Assembly: GCA_963843375.1 (NCBI GenBank)
Contig: CAWJKT010000011.1
Span: 64,001 to 128,000 of the forward strand
Direction: 5' to 3'
DNA: 64,000 nucleotides
DNA from: an uncultured Pseudomonadota bacterium
GTDB lineage: Bacteria; Oederibacteriota; Muellerivitia; Muellerivitales; Muellerivitaceae
This document shows positions 30,860-40,700 of the stretch, in pieces. The notes under the pieces were generated by a model, which saw nothing but the letters and a program-made list of their open reading frames with translations, was not told the origin of the DNA and did no database searches. The position numbers and the translations under genes were made by a program. How positions within the stretch are numbered: the first letter of the stretch is position 1; each line of letters begins with the position of its first letter.

Positions 30860-31878
30860 TACTCGGCGGCCGCCTTGTGATCGGCTCGGTATTCGTCACG
30901 ATATTTGATGGCCATATCCATCATGTCCGCAGGCACAACAGTTCCTGAAATTTGAGGATAAACGCTGGTGAAGAGTTTTTCCCATTGATCATATTGCGCG
31001 GGAGTGATGTCATGAACGGTAAGACCGTGCTTGACCATGGCGTCGATGGCTTTCTGCTCTCCGGAGCGGATCTCGTCCCGGAAACGGACTCCCGCATCGG
31101 CGGCGGCCTTCAAAATGGCGGGTTGGGCGTCCACCGGGATTTTGTTCCAGGCTTTCGTGGTGATGATGGTGGCTCCTACCAGAGGCGCCCAGCGCATATT
31201 GGTCATGTGGGGAGCTAGGGCGAACCATTGGAAGGACAGGGCTGAAATCGGAGAGGCATCAAACGAATTTATAAGCCCGGTTTGTAAGTTCGGCAGGATG
31301 TCCGTGGCAGCCAAGGGAATCGGGGAAAAACCAGCTGATTTCCAGATATTCATAGTATCGGCGTCATCTCCCCAGACGAAAAACTTGGCCTTCTTTAGAT
31401 CGTCCGGCGTTAGGATGGGTTCTTTGCCAAAAAACATGACCCAACCGGCCTCGCCCCAATTTAAGACCTTAAACCCTTTTTTCAAAAGACGTTCTTCCAG
31501 CAGTGGCTGCATCTTTTCCCGCACGTAATCGCTCTCAGCGTAGCTCTTGTAGAGCATGGGAATGGAAAGGGCTTGAACGCCCTTGTCGATTTGGGCCAGG
31601 CCCACCACGGTCAGAACCCCCATTTGGATTTGACCGATTCGCATTTTGCTGACCATGTCCGGTTCGTCACCCAGGACGCCGCCGGGATAGATTTGCAATT
31701 TCACTCCCGATGTTTTCCATTGTTCGCCCATGTCCCGCATGATGGTGTCCCAGACGGACCCCTCGGGAGCCAGAGTTCCAAGTTTCAGGGTAACGGACGC
31801 ATCTTGAGCGTAAGTTAGATTTCCGGTCAGCGACAGAAACATCGCTCCAAGAATTAATTTCCTTATAGATGAGAACAA
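30859..31878 (-). CDS. dctP: TRAP substrate-binding protein (DctP/TatP)
   Basis: KLGTLAPEGSVW, IYPGGVLGDE, GFSPIPLA...LQTG. Confidence 0.92.
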   Translation of the reverse strand: MFSSIRKLILGAMFLSLTGNLTYAQDASVTLKLGTLAPEGSVWDTIMRDMGEQWKTSGVKLQIYPGGVLGDEPDMVSKMRIGQIQMGVLTVVGLAQIDKGVQALSIPMLYKSYAESDYVREKMQPLLEERLLKKGFKVLNWGEAGWVMFFGKEPILTPDDLKKAKFFVWGDDADTMNIWKSAGFSPIPLAATDILPNLQTGLINSFDASPISALSFQWFALAPHMTNMRWAPLVGATIITTKAWNKIPVDAQPAILKAAADAGVRFRDEIRSGEQKAIDAMVKHGLTVHDITPAQYDQWEKLFTSVYPQISGTVVPADMMDMAIKYRDEYRADHKAAAE

Positions 31879-31909
31879 GGTAGTCTCCTTTTTTGTTCTG
31901 TTCCGCTGG

Positions 31910-32866
31910 TTATTTTACGAATAACGCATCAACCCTCGTAAGAAGCCATCTGGCTCTTTTTTGCATGATCAAGTTTACCAGACGCCAGCTGGGTTTTTTA
32001 TCGACATCGATGTCCAGGGCCTTGTGAAGCATTTCCACAAATTCGTCCCGGTTTTGCTCCTGTTCATCCACCGCTTCGGCGTAATTCACATAGGTCGAAG
32101 CGCTCAATCCATGGTTCAGTTTTAAGGAAGCGTCGAAATGCTCCTTGGCTTTCTTCAGGGATCCGCCCATGAGAACCGGCCGGCTTCCCTCGTAAGTGAT
32201 CAGGAAATCGTGGAGGGAACCCTCGTCATAATCGGGTTCCAGCTCATAAGCGCGGTAAATGAGGGCCTCTGCCTGGGGCACGTCGGACACCAAGTCCGGG
32301 TCGTCTTTACCGATGGAAATGGCGGCCAGCCAGGAAACCCCCGTCCAGTAAATCAAATCGACATCCTGTTTGCGTAATTTAGCCACGGCGGCCTTGGGAT
32401 TCTTAAAGATGAGGTCGGTGAAATTATGGTAATGGGTGTCCAGGCCTCTCAAGCCGTAATCCCGGGCCCGGACGTAAAGTTTTCTGGCCCTCACCTTTAA
32501 GGCCCTGGATTTTTCGTAATCCATTTCGGCTTCATATTCACTGTCGGCCTGAACGAAAGCATAGCCATATTCGGTGAAACCCTTGCAGAGCGCCGTCAGG
32601 AGTCCGACATGATGGGGGGTGGCGGCGAGGATGCTTTCCATGAGTTTCAGGCTGAAGGGAACGGATTCCCTTATCAAGTCCGGGTCATTATCGGCGGAGA
32701 AAGTGTCGCCGGTCGAGGCTAGGCTGTCGGCCATGGAATTGACGGCCACGTCCTTGATGAAACAACCGTTGAGTAGAGGAGAAAAGGCCAGCAACCACAA
32801 AAAAAGAAGGGAGCTGGATTTCAAATGACGAGAAGTTGGTGATAACCGCAAATTTTCCTCCGGCAA
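31910..32866 (-). CDS. TRAP transporter TatT-component lipoprotein (TPR-like)
   Basis: LNGC lipobox; DPDLIRESVPFSLK, RARKLYVRARDYG, MGGSLKKAKEHF; directly upstream of dctP. Confidence 0.88.
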   Translation of the reverse strand: MPEENLRLSPTSRHLKSSSLLFLWLLAFSPLLNGCFIKDVAVNSMADSLASTGDTFSADNDPDLIRESVPFSLKLMESILAATPHHVGLLTALCKGFTEYGYAFVQADSEYEAEMDYEKSRALKVRARKLYVRARDYGLRGLDTHYHNFTDLIFKNPKAAVAKLRKQDVDLIYWTGVSWLAAISIGKDDPDLVSDVPQAEALIYRAYELEPDYDEGSLHDFLITYEGSRPVLMGGSLKKAKEHFDASLKLNHGLSASTYVNYAEAVDEQEQNRDEFVEMLHKALDIDVDKKPSWRLVNLIMQKRARWLLTRVDALFVK

Positions 32867-33236
32867 AAAAAGGACATACCCGCTAATACGAGGGCCTTGT
32901 TTTACCGCCGGGAAGGAAGGCTGTCAATGCCCGGGAAATTCCTAAAGTCCTGTAATTATAGTGTTTTTTAATTCGAATGGCGTCCTCGGAACTTGGATTT
33001 CGGCTTTCCTCAAGAATATTGACGTAACAAAGGCCTTTGACGATGGCCAGAAATTCAACCGGAAAAAATTCTTCCAGGAAAGGTTCCTTGTGCGCCCCAA
33101 GGGCGAATGGTTGTAGAAAAGGAAGGAAAAAAGAATTAAAAGATGCCGTTCCAAGGACAACGCCAGCGCATGGGAATGGCGAAATGGACCTTGGCTTTTT
33201 CCGGACGGGATTTATCGGGGAATCCTCAGGTGGCAT

Positions 33237-33271
33237 AAAAAAGCCGGGCAGAGATTCTGCCCGGCTTTTTT
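33237..33271. terminator. bidirectional rho-independent terminator
   Basis: Perfect 16-bp inverted repeat AAAAAAGCCGGGCAGA-GAT-TCTGCCCGGCTTTTTT. Confidence 0.9.
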
Positions 33272-33311
33272 GGTTTGGGAAAAAATGATCGAGAGGGATG
33301 AATTTCCTAGA

Positions 33312-33707
33312 TCAGGGATTGGTCGACGGGGTGGAAGTATCTCCGTGTTTATCCCCGAAGATGGCCAGGGAACTCTCATCCAACAATTGATTCAATTGCT
33401 GGAACTGCTCGTCGGTCAGCCCCTTCTGTCCGCTTTGCTTGTTTTGTTGAAAATCGCTTCGCATTTGTATTCGGACCGCCTCGATCTTGTTCTCCAGGGT
33501 TTTTGCCTCATCCTGTGTGAGTTTTCCGCTTTTCAGTCCCGCCGCGATACGTTCCCTTTGGTTTTTCATGCGAGTATGGATTTCGGTAAAATGGGGGTTA
33601 TCCCACTTCATGGAGGGTTGGGCACCGGGAGTGGCGTTTTGAGCAAAAGCCAAACCAGTTGAACCGATCAATAAAAGTAAAGCCACAAAAGTAATTATAC
33701 GTTTCAT
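33312..33707 (-). CDS. small secreted helical hypothetical protein (similar to 9475..9876)
   Basis: AAGGAG RBS; signal peptide ending AFA-Q; RMKNQRERIAAGLKSGKLT. Confidence 0.85.
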   Translation of the reverse strand: MKRIITFVALLLLIGSTGLAFAQNATPGAQPSMKWDNPHFTEIHTRMKNQRERIAAGLKSGKLTQDEAKTLENKIEAVRIQMRSDFQQNKQSGQKGLTDEQFQQLNQLLDESSLAIFGDKHGDTSTPSTNP

Positions 33708-33750
33708 AAATTCTTCTCCTTCAATTATTTTTCTCTTTAATAATATAATA

Positions 33751-33778
33751 TTAGACGTCCCGGTTTTAAGAAAGTACC
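33751..33778 (-). promoter_or_regulatory. putative ECF-sigma promoter
   Basis: Minus strand GGTAC-N16-CGTCTAA upstream of 33707. Confidence 0.5.
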
Positions 33779-33822
33779 GATGACAACCTAATTTACCCGG
33801 AATTGGGGATGTTTTGAGAACT

Positions 33823-33855
33823 AAAAGCGATCCGGTCACAAAACCGGACCGCTTT
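33823..33855 (-). terminator. rho-independent terminator of the small His/Lys-rich gene
   Basis: Minus strand AAAGCGGTCCGGT-TTTGTG-ACCGGATCGCTTTT. Confidence 0.7.
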
Positions 33856-33896
33856 AGGACATCTTTGGGGCTTTGAGGCCCTTGTTCGAGCCGGAA

Positions 33897-34067
33897 TTAC
33901 TTGGCTGGAGCTGTTGAAGTTGCAGAGCCCTTTTTCTTGTGGTGTTTCTTGTGGCTGTGTTTTATGGACTTTGTCGCCGGGGAAGCCGCAGTTCCTTGGG
34001 CCAAAACCAGACCGGAAGTCGCGGTGACGAAAAACAGCGCCAAAACCATTGCCAGAACTTTTTTCAT
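33897..34067 (-). CDS. 56-aa secreted His/Lys-rich peptide (acid-shock-protein-like)
   Basis: Manual translation MKKVLAMVLALFFVTATSGLVLAQGTAASPATKSIKHSHKKHHKKKGSATSTAPAK*; GGAGGA RBS; own terminator; below the ORF-track cut-off. Confidence 0.85.
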   Translation of the reverse strand: MKKVLAMVLALFFVTATSGLVLAQGTAASPATKSIKHSHKKHHKKKGSATSTAPAK

Positions 34068-34130
34068 TTTTCCTCCTTTGATTGTTGAACCGGTTTAATT
34101 AGCAATTTTTATTACAAATTTCATTGTGGT

Positions 34131-34160
34131 TTAGACGGCATATTCAGGTAAAAAGTTTCA
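34131..34160 (-). promoter_or_regulatory. putative ECF-sigma promoter
   Basis: Minus strand TGAAAC-N17-CGTCTAA upstream of 34067. Confidence 0.6.
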
Positions 34161-34234
34161 CGCTTTTCCCTTTGAAACAAGAGGCTTTAAGAGTTCCTCT
34201 TTCTGGGTCTAAGGATGTATTTTTTCAAGTTTCG

Positions 34235-34263
34235 TTGACATTCAACCGACCGGTTGGTAGGTT
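34235..34263 (+). promoter_or_regulatory. sigma70 promoter with overlapping TetR-type operator
   Basis: TTGACA-17 bp-TAGGTT; the spacer holds the near-palindrome CAACCGACCGGTTG; ATG is only 10 bp downstream (near-leaderless). Confidence 0.75.
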
Positions 34264-34272
34264 TATGCCCCC

Positions 34273-34884
34273 ATGACGAAGCTCATCAATGAACAAAAAC
34301 ATTCGGACCAGCGCATGCGGCTTTTGTCGCACGCCCGGCGGTTGATTGCCAACCAAGGGTTCAAGGAAACAAGCATGGCTCAGATCGCCAAGGCCTGCAA
34401 GGTGACCAAAGCGACCCTCTACCATTACTTCAAAAGCAAAGAGGCGATTCTTTTGGCGATCTTGGGATGCCACGAGGATGAAATGGAATCGCTCAAGGGT
34501 GAACTAGCCAAAGCCCACAACCTCAAGGAGGTTTTTTACGCCATCGCCCATAACCACATGGAAAGAATGGGCCGTCCCGAAAACCTGGAATTTCTCAAGA
34601 TCCTCGTGAACGAGTCCATGACCAATCCGGGAGTGAAAAAATTCTATCTGGGATTCATCAAGGAATCCCTTACTACGGTGGCCCGAGACATCCTGGCACC
34701 TTTTGTGAAGGAAAGATTAAACGAAGTGGAGATCCGGCGGACCTATTTCCAATTTCTAGGAGCGCTATCTCATTACACCTGGCAGGTGAAAATGGTCGGT
34801 GGGTTATCTGACATCATCGGGGACGACGAATCTTATATCCGGCTTTTATCGAAGGTTTACGCGAACCAGTTCATGAACGGATAA
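34273..34884 (+). CDS. TetR/AcrR family transcriptional regulator
   Basis: GFKETSMAQIAKACKVTKATLYHYFKSKEAI helix-turn-helix. Confidence 0.95.
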   Translation: MTKLINEQKHSDQRMRLLSHARRLIANQGFKETSMAQIAKACKVTKATLYHYFKSKEAILLAILGCHEDEMESLKGELAKAHNLKEVFYAIAHNHMERMGRPENLEFLKILVNESMTNPGVKKFYLGFIKESLTTVARDILAPFVKERLNEVEIRRTYFQFLGALSHYTWQVKMVGGLSDIIGDDESYIRLLSKVYANQFMNG

Positions 34885-35001
34885 ATTTCATCAAGAGACC
34901 GGTGAACAAGACTGAAGCATCGAAAGTGAAATAGTCCGTTTTGGATAGACTAAAGAGGCTTGGGGCGGATCTATCCAGTGAGCGAGGTTTAAGACCAGGC
35001 C

Positions 35002-35556
35002 ATGAACGATTTTCGACAAGCAGAGGCTTTCCAGGCTTTTGTGGCGGAACACCGGGAACTGTGGGTGCGCTTGGCGCGCCGGGTTCTGGGAAACCGGGAG
35101 GAAGCGGAAGACGTGGTCCAGGAAACCCTGGCCATCCTTTGGGAACGCCGCGAGGAGTTGGAGATCGAGAATCCCGGTGCCTACACGGCCCGGGCGGTTT
35201 GGCTGAACGCGCTCAAGCGAGGGGCGAGACGTAAATACCATCTCCCTTTGGAGATGGCCGAGTCGGCGGACATGAAAAGGTTGGGGGAATATTTTCTCCC
35301 GGCGCCGGTGGATCTCCAGGACCTGGAAAAGGCCCTGGAGAATCTTCCGGAGGCCCAGAAGACGGTCCTTAGGATGAAGTATCACCTTGGATTGTCCTTC
35401 AAGGAAATTGGCGAGGCTTTAGAGATTTCCTTGAACACGGCGGGCAGCCGCTGCCGTTACGCCCTGGGGGCCTTGAGGGCCGCCCTGGGAGCCCATCGCC
35501 ATCTGCCGAAGAGGCCGAAAGGCGGCCCCGGATCAAGAGGAGTGTCAGATGAGTGA
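35002..35556 (+). CDS. ECF RNA polymerase sigma factor
   Basis: EAEDVVQETL region 2; LENLPEAQKTVL...SFKEIGEALEISLNT region 4. Confidence 0.92.
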   Translation: MNDFRQAEAFQAFVAEHRELWVRLARRVLGNREEAEDVVQETLAILWERREELEIENPGAYTARAVWLNALKRGARRKYHLPLEMAESADMKRLGEYFLPAPVDLQDLEKALENLPEAQKTVLRMKYHLGLSFKEIGEALEISLNTAGSRCRYALGALRAALGAHRHLPKRPKGGPGSRGVSDE

Positions 35557-36007
35557 GGAATTAAAAAATCCGCAGAAGATCCACGCGAACGTTTTGTTTG
35601 GAGAAGGAAACCATATCGCTGTGACGGGAATTGTCGGGGGAGTCGTGCTGGCCCTGGGTTTTTCCTGGATTGTATTGGCTTACGGCCAGGCTTTGGGCTC
35701 GACCCTATTGGTGATTTTCGTCCTTTCGGGGCTCATCGCCGGAGGGCTGGTGGCCTTGACTTCCGCCTTTTTCGGCCTAGTCATGCCCCGCCAAGTGGAT
35801 GGGGGTGCGCCCGGCGCGATCAAGGACTGGATTCGCTTGGGGCTGGAACGGAAAAATTGGAGCGAAAAAGATTGGAAGGATTGGGCGGAGGGCAGCGATG
35901 AGCCTGATGCTGATTGGTCCGAACCCGACGTCCAAAATTGGACCCTGCAGGATTGGAAGGCTTGGGGCGAAAAGATGAAGGCGAAGTACAAGGGAAAGTC
36001 ATTCTAG
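35549..36007 (+). CDS. two-TM membrane protein with Trp/Asp-rich repeats (candidate anti-sigma factor)
   Basis: Overlaps the ECF stop; two hydrophobic helices; NWSEKDWKDW / NWTLQDWKAW repeats. Confidence 0.7.
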   Translation: MSEELKNPQKIHANVLFGEGNHIAVTGIVGGVVLALGFSWIVLAYGQALGSTLLVIFVLSGLIAGGLVALTSAFFGLVMPRQVDGGAPGAIKDWIRLGLERKNWSEKDWKDWAEGSDEPDADWSEPDVQNWTLQDWKAWGEKMKAKYKGKSF

Positions 36008-36155
36008 CTCCTGACTGGGATTGATGGGGGTCGTTACATTTGGTTACAAACCGAAACAAGGCTGAAAAGCAAAAAGTCTTGATCTGGTTTTATATTGAAG
36101 CGAGGCAAGGATGGGATGGCTTGCGGTTTTAAATCGAGCAAGGTGGAACGGGAAC

Positions 36156-37622
36156 ATGGGAAAGCGATTTGGGCTGGTAATGGCTTTATGGCTGGCGGCA
36201 GGAGCGGCTTTCGCCCAGCAAAAACTGTCGCTGGAGGACTACTTGGGGCAGGTACAGTCCCAGGGAGCGGATTACCAATCCTCCCAGGCAGCCGTGGAAG
36301 GCTATGAGAAACAGTCCCACCAGCAGGATCTGACTTATTCGCCCCAAATGGTGGCCGGTTATAACCATTTGGACGACAAAGAACAGCCCAATGGCCTCAG
36401 CTATCCCCACGCACTGACGGACACGGCGGGAGTCTCCTTTACGGACAAATTACCCTTCGGGCCATCCCTTTCGGTGGGTTACGCTTTTACCAACTTTAAC
36501 GCCAGCGTTAATCCTGAATTGAACGACATTGTCTTTAACGGGGTATCACTGGGGAGTGTTTTCCCCACTTCCTATTACCAGGTAGCCCCGGTGATCTCGC
36601 TTTCGGTGCCTCTCTTGAAGGATTTTGGGGGCGCCCAGACTAGCGCGGGGGTCCACCAGGTCCAGTACCAATTTGAATCCTCGGCCAGTTCCGCGGCTTA
36701 CCAAAGTGCCCAGGCGCTTTACAACGCCAAGGTGGCCTATTGGAACTTGGCACTTGCCCGGACCCAAATCAAAATCTATCAGGACACTCTTGACCGCAGC
36801 CAGCAGATTTGGGATTGGACCAAGCGGCGCGTGGCGCGCAACCTAGCCGACCCGCCCGACGCCTTGCAGGCCGAGGCCTCGGTACGGCTGGCCGAATTGG
36901 ATTTGGAACAGGCGACCGAGAGCGAAAGATCGGCCCGGCTCCAATTCAACCGTTACCGTGGGACGCGAGAGGACAATGTTCCCGAGCAACTGGATAACCT
37001 CGACGACTCCCTATCGGGATTAAAAGTGGAACTCCCCGCCGCCTTGCCCGACCGCTTGGACCTGAAAGCCACCCAAAAAACGGCGGACAGCCAAAAAGCC
37101 GCTTACGATCAGGCTGCTCAAAATATTTATCCCGATATCACCCTCAACGCCTCCTGGCGGGGGAACGGATTGGACCCCACCTTTGAGCCCGCCGACCAGA
37201 CGGCCTGGGCCTTCAATTATCCCACTTGGAACATCGGCGCCCAGTTCAACCTTCCGCTGGATGTCTTCACGGCTTCCCGAGTGGCCGAGGGCTACAAGCG
37301 GACTTACGAGAGCGCGGTCCTGAGTTTGAAGGACAAGCAGTTGGAAGTAGGCCAAGACTGGCAGGATTGGCGCAACCGAATGACCGACGTGGACAAACGC
37401 CTCGCCATGACCACCGAAATCGAGGAAATCCAGAAAAACAAGGCGGATCAGGAGAGAAAACGACTGGAGTTCGGCCGCACCACTGAGTTCCAGCTTTTGT
37501 CCTTTGAGAACGACTATAACGCCGCGCGCTTGAACCGCCTGGCGGTCATCGCGGAAAAACTGAACCTCCTGGCCCAGGCCCAATGGTGGCTCTCGACGGA
37601 AAAAGAAAGTTCTAAGTTTTGA
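36156..37622 (+). CDS. TolC family outer-membrane channel
   Basis: Signal peptide ending AFA; LSLEDYL, SVPLLKDFG, AYWNL, RLEFGRTTEFQLLSFE; alternating coiled-coil and beta segments. Confidence 0.88.
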   Translation: MGKRFGLVMALWLAAGAAFAQQKLSLEDYLGQVQSQGADYQSSQAAVEGYEKQSHQQDLTYSPQMVAGYNHLDDKEQPNGLSYPHALTDTAGVSFTDKLPFGPSLSVGYAFTNFNASVNPELNDIVFNGVSLGSVFPTSYYQVAPVISLSVPLLKDFGGAQTSAGVHQVQYQFESSASSAAYQSAQALYNAKVAYWNLALARTQIKIYQDTLDRSQQIWDWTKRRVARNLADPPDALQAEASVRLAELDLEQATESERSARLQFNRYRGTREDNVPEQLDNLDDSLSGLKVELPAALPDRLDLKATQKTADSQKAAYDQAAQNIYPDITLNASWRGNGLDPTFEPADQTAWAFNYPTWNIGAQFNLPLDVFTASRVAEGYKRTYESAVLSLKDKQLEVGQDWQDWRNRMTDVDKRLAMTTEIEEIQKNKADQERKRLEFGRTTEFQLLSFENDYNAARLNRLAVIAEKLNLLAQAQWWLSTEKESSKF

Positions 37623-37692
37623 GTTTAAATTTTGAGTAAGGGGAGCTTTTGAACCTTTGGTTTAAAAGCTTGATTATTTATAAACTCAAAAC
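37616..37692. repeat. nested inverted repeat (long hairpin) between tolC and the RND gene
   Basis: GTTTTGAGTTTA (37616-37627) pairs with TAAACTCAAAAC (37681-37692); inner AGCTTTTGAACC-TTT-GGTTTAAAAGCT (37644-37670). Confidence 0.7.
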
Positions 37693-37750
37693 CCAAAACA
37701 TTTAGTCTCAAACTGAATAGGGAACTAAAAGTGCTAAAGGAGCACAAATA

Positions 37751-40700
37751 ATGAATCTGCCTAAACTCGCCATCGACCGGCCGGCCTTCATCACTTGCGT
37801 GGCCATCCTCATCATGATTTTGGGCATCATGGCCTATCGGTCCCTCGGTATCGATCTTTTCCCCGATGTTAGCTTCCCGGTGGTTTCAGTCACCACAAAC
37901 TATAAGGGAGCGGCACCGGAGGAAATCGAGACACAGATATCCAAGCCCATGGAGGAGCAGTTTTCCTCCCTCCAGGGCGTCAAACAGATCAATTCCACCA
38001 ACCAGGAGGGCTATTCGGTGGTGACCGTCCAGTTCACCCTGGAAACGGACAGCAAGGAAGCGGAGCAAAGGGTGAGGGACAGCTTGTCCCTGGTGCGTCC
38101 CAAACTGCCCAAGGACGTGGAGGAGCCCGTCATCCAACGGTTGGACCCCTCGGACCAGCCCATCATGATCCTGGCATTGAAGTCCTCCCTCACCTCTCCC
38201 CAGGCCTACGATCTGGCCGATCAGTTTATCAAACCCCAGTTAGCCCAATTGAACGGGGTCGGCGTAGTGGACATTTTTGGAAGTTCCAAACGGGAAATCC
38301 GGGTGGAGTTGGATCGAAACAAGCTCAACGCTTACCACATTAGCGCCAGTTCGGTGGCTGACAATATCGGATTGAACGGCCAGAACATTCCCGTGGGCAA
38401 ATTCGAATTGAACGGCAAAAACATCCTTTTCCGTTCGGTGGGAGAATACAACGACTTGGATCGTCTGAGGCACACGGTGATTAATTTCGTGGGTTCGGAC
38501 GTACCCATTACGGTTGATAAAGTAGGGACGGTAGTCGACACCGTCGAGGACGCCCAAAATTACAGTTCCTTCAAGGGCGAGCCTTCACTGTTCCTGCAGA
38601 TCCACAAGCAAACCAAGGCCAATACGGTGGCGGTGGTGGACGAGGTCAAGGGGGCCATCGATTCCTTGAACGAACTGCTGAAAACCCGGCAGGGGGGCGC
38701 CCAACTTTCCCTAGTGCGTGAGGATGCTTGGGGCATCCGCTTGAATCTGGACGACGTCAAACAAACCATCTTCCTGGGCATCCTATTGACCGTCCTGGTG
38801 GTGCTGCTTTTTCTGGGAAGTTTCCGCTCTACATTAATCACGATCACCGCCCTGCCCACTTCGCTTTTGGGGGCCTTCATCCTGATGAATTGGATGGGCT
38901 TTACCCTGAATTTCATGACTATCCTGGCCCTTTCCCTCGCGGTAGGGCTTCTTATCGACGACGCCATCGTCGTGCGTGAAAATATTTGGCGGCACATGGA
39001 GGAGGGGGAGGAGCCGAAGAAAGCCGCCATCCACGGCACTATGGAAGTCGCCTTGGCGGTCGTGGCTACCACCGGTGTCATCATTGCCGTTTTTCTTCCC
39101 ATCGCCTTTTTGAAGGGCACGGTGGGCCAGTTCTTCAAACAATTTGGGATGACAGTCTGCTTTGCCATGGTCATCTCGTTGTTCGAGGCCCTCACCATGG
39201 GTCCCATGCTTTCCGCCTATTGGGCGGGGAAGAGGGGAAAAGCCGAATCCAAGCTGGCCTTTTTCCAATGGTTCGATGACCTTCAAACGCGCATGGAGAA
39301 GGGCTACGAGAAGGTCATCGGATGGAGCATCCACCACCGTAGGTGGGTCGTCCTCACGGCTTTCTTTATCTTTTTCGGAAGCCTGTTCTTGGGCAAATTT
39401 ATTCCCTTTACCTTTGTGCCCAATGCGGACAATCCGGAATTCCAAGTGACCTTGAAGGGCCCTCCCGACATGGCCCTGGACGCCACAAGGGATTTGACCA
39501 GCAAGATCGCGGCGATCGTCCGGGCCCATCCGGAGATCGACGTCACTTCCGAAGTCGTGGGGGATACTCAAGGAAACGAGAATGTCGCACTGATATACGC
39601 GAAGTTGATCAATTACCGTCTGCGCAAACTGACGGCCGCGGAACTGAAGGTCGCCATTCGGAAGGAATTGGAGCCCTACCGGCAGTTGATGCAACCCCAA
39701 GTGGGGGACCGGGATGCCTTGGGCAACCAGGCTCCCTTCAGCCTCGACATTGTGGGAACCGACTATAAAGTGCTGGAACCGGTGGTTGACCGTCTCAAAG
39801 AAAAGATCAAGGCCATCCCCGGGTTAGAGGACGTCGAGACCAATTACGACGGGGGGAAGGCGGAGTTCCAAGCCGTCCTGGATCCGGCCAAATGCCGCCA
39901 ATTGGGCGTTCTTGGACATCCAGGCGGGTGACGAGCTTCGCACCCAGATCGAGGGTACGGTCCCCGCCAAGTTTAGGGAGAACGGGCTGGAGTACGACAT
40001 CCGGGTGCGAATGCAGGAAGACCAGCGCAATCTCCAGACAGGACTTCAATGACGTTTACGTGCCCAATACCAATAACCGCATGGTCCGGCTCTTGGACAT
40101 CGCCCAACCGGTCACCACCGAAGGACCGTCCAAGATCAACCGTCTCAACCGCCAGCGCTATATCGAAATTACCGGGCAATTGGGCGCGAAGGGGGCTCTG
40201 GGCACCATCATCAACCAGGCAAAGGCGATCCTGGCGAAGGAAACCTTGCCGCCGGGCGTCACTTATAGTTTCGTGGGACAGGGCAAGGACCTGCAGGACC
40301 TCTCGATCAGCATGCTGGTGGCCATGGTTTTGGCTCTGCTTTTCACCTATATGATCCTCACCAGCCTCTACGACTCGCCCATCATTCCCTTTTCCATCAT
40401 GATTTCCATCCCCTTGGCCATCGTGGGGGCCTTCGTGGCTTTGCTGGTGACGGGCCAGAGCCTGAATATTTTCACCATGATCTCCCTTATCATGCTTATG
40501 GGGCTGGTGACGAAGAACGCCATCCTCTTGGTGGATTACGTGGTGCGCATGGAAGGCCAGGGGATGTCTCGGGACGAGGCCATCAAGAAGGCGGGAATCA
40601 TCCGCCTGCGGCCCATTCTCATGACAACAATGGCCCTCATCATGGGGATGATGCCGGTGGCCCTGGCCCTGAGCGAGGTCGGCAAGTTCCGCCAGTCCAT

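Noticed and set aside
39892..40049. TGA readthrough or alternative genetic code at broken genes (RND, hydrolase, GT-C)
   Set aside because: The downstream homologous sequence is in a different frame, so +1 indels explain the breaks. TGA is used as a normal stop in many intact genes here.
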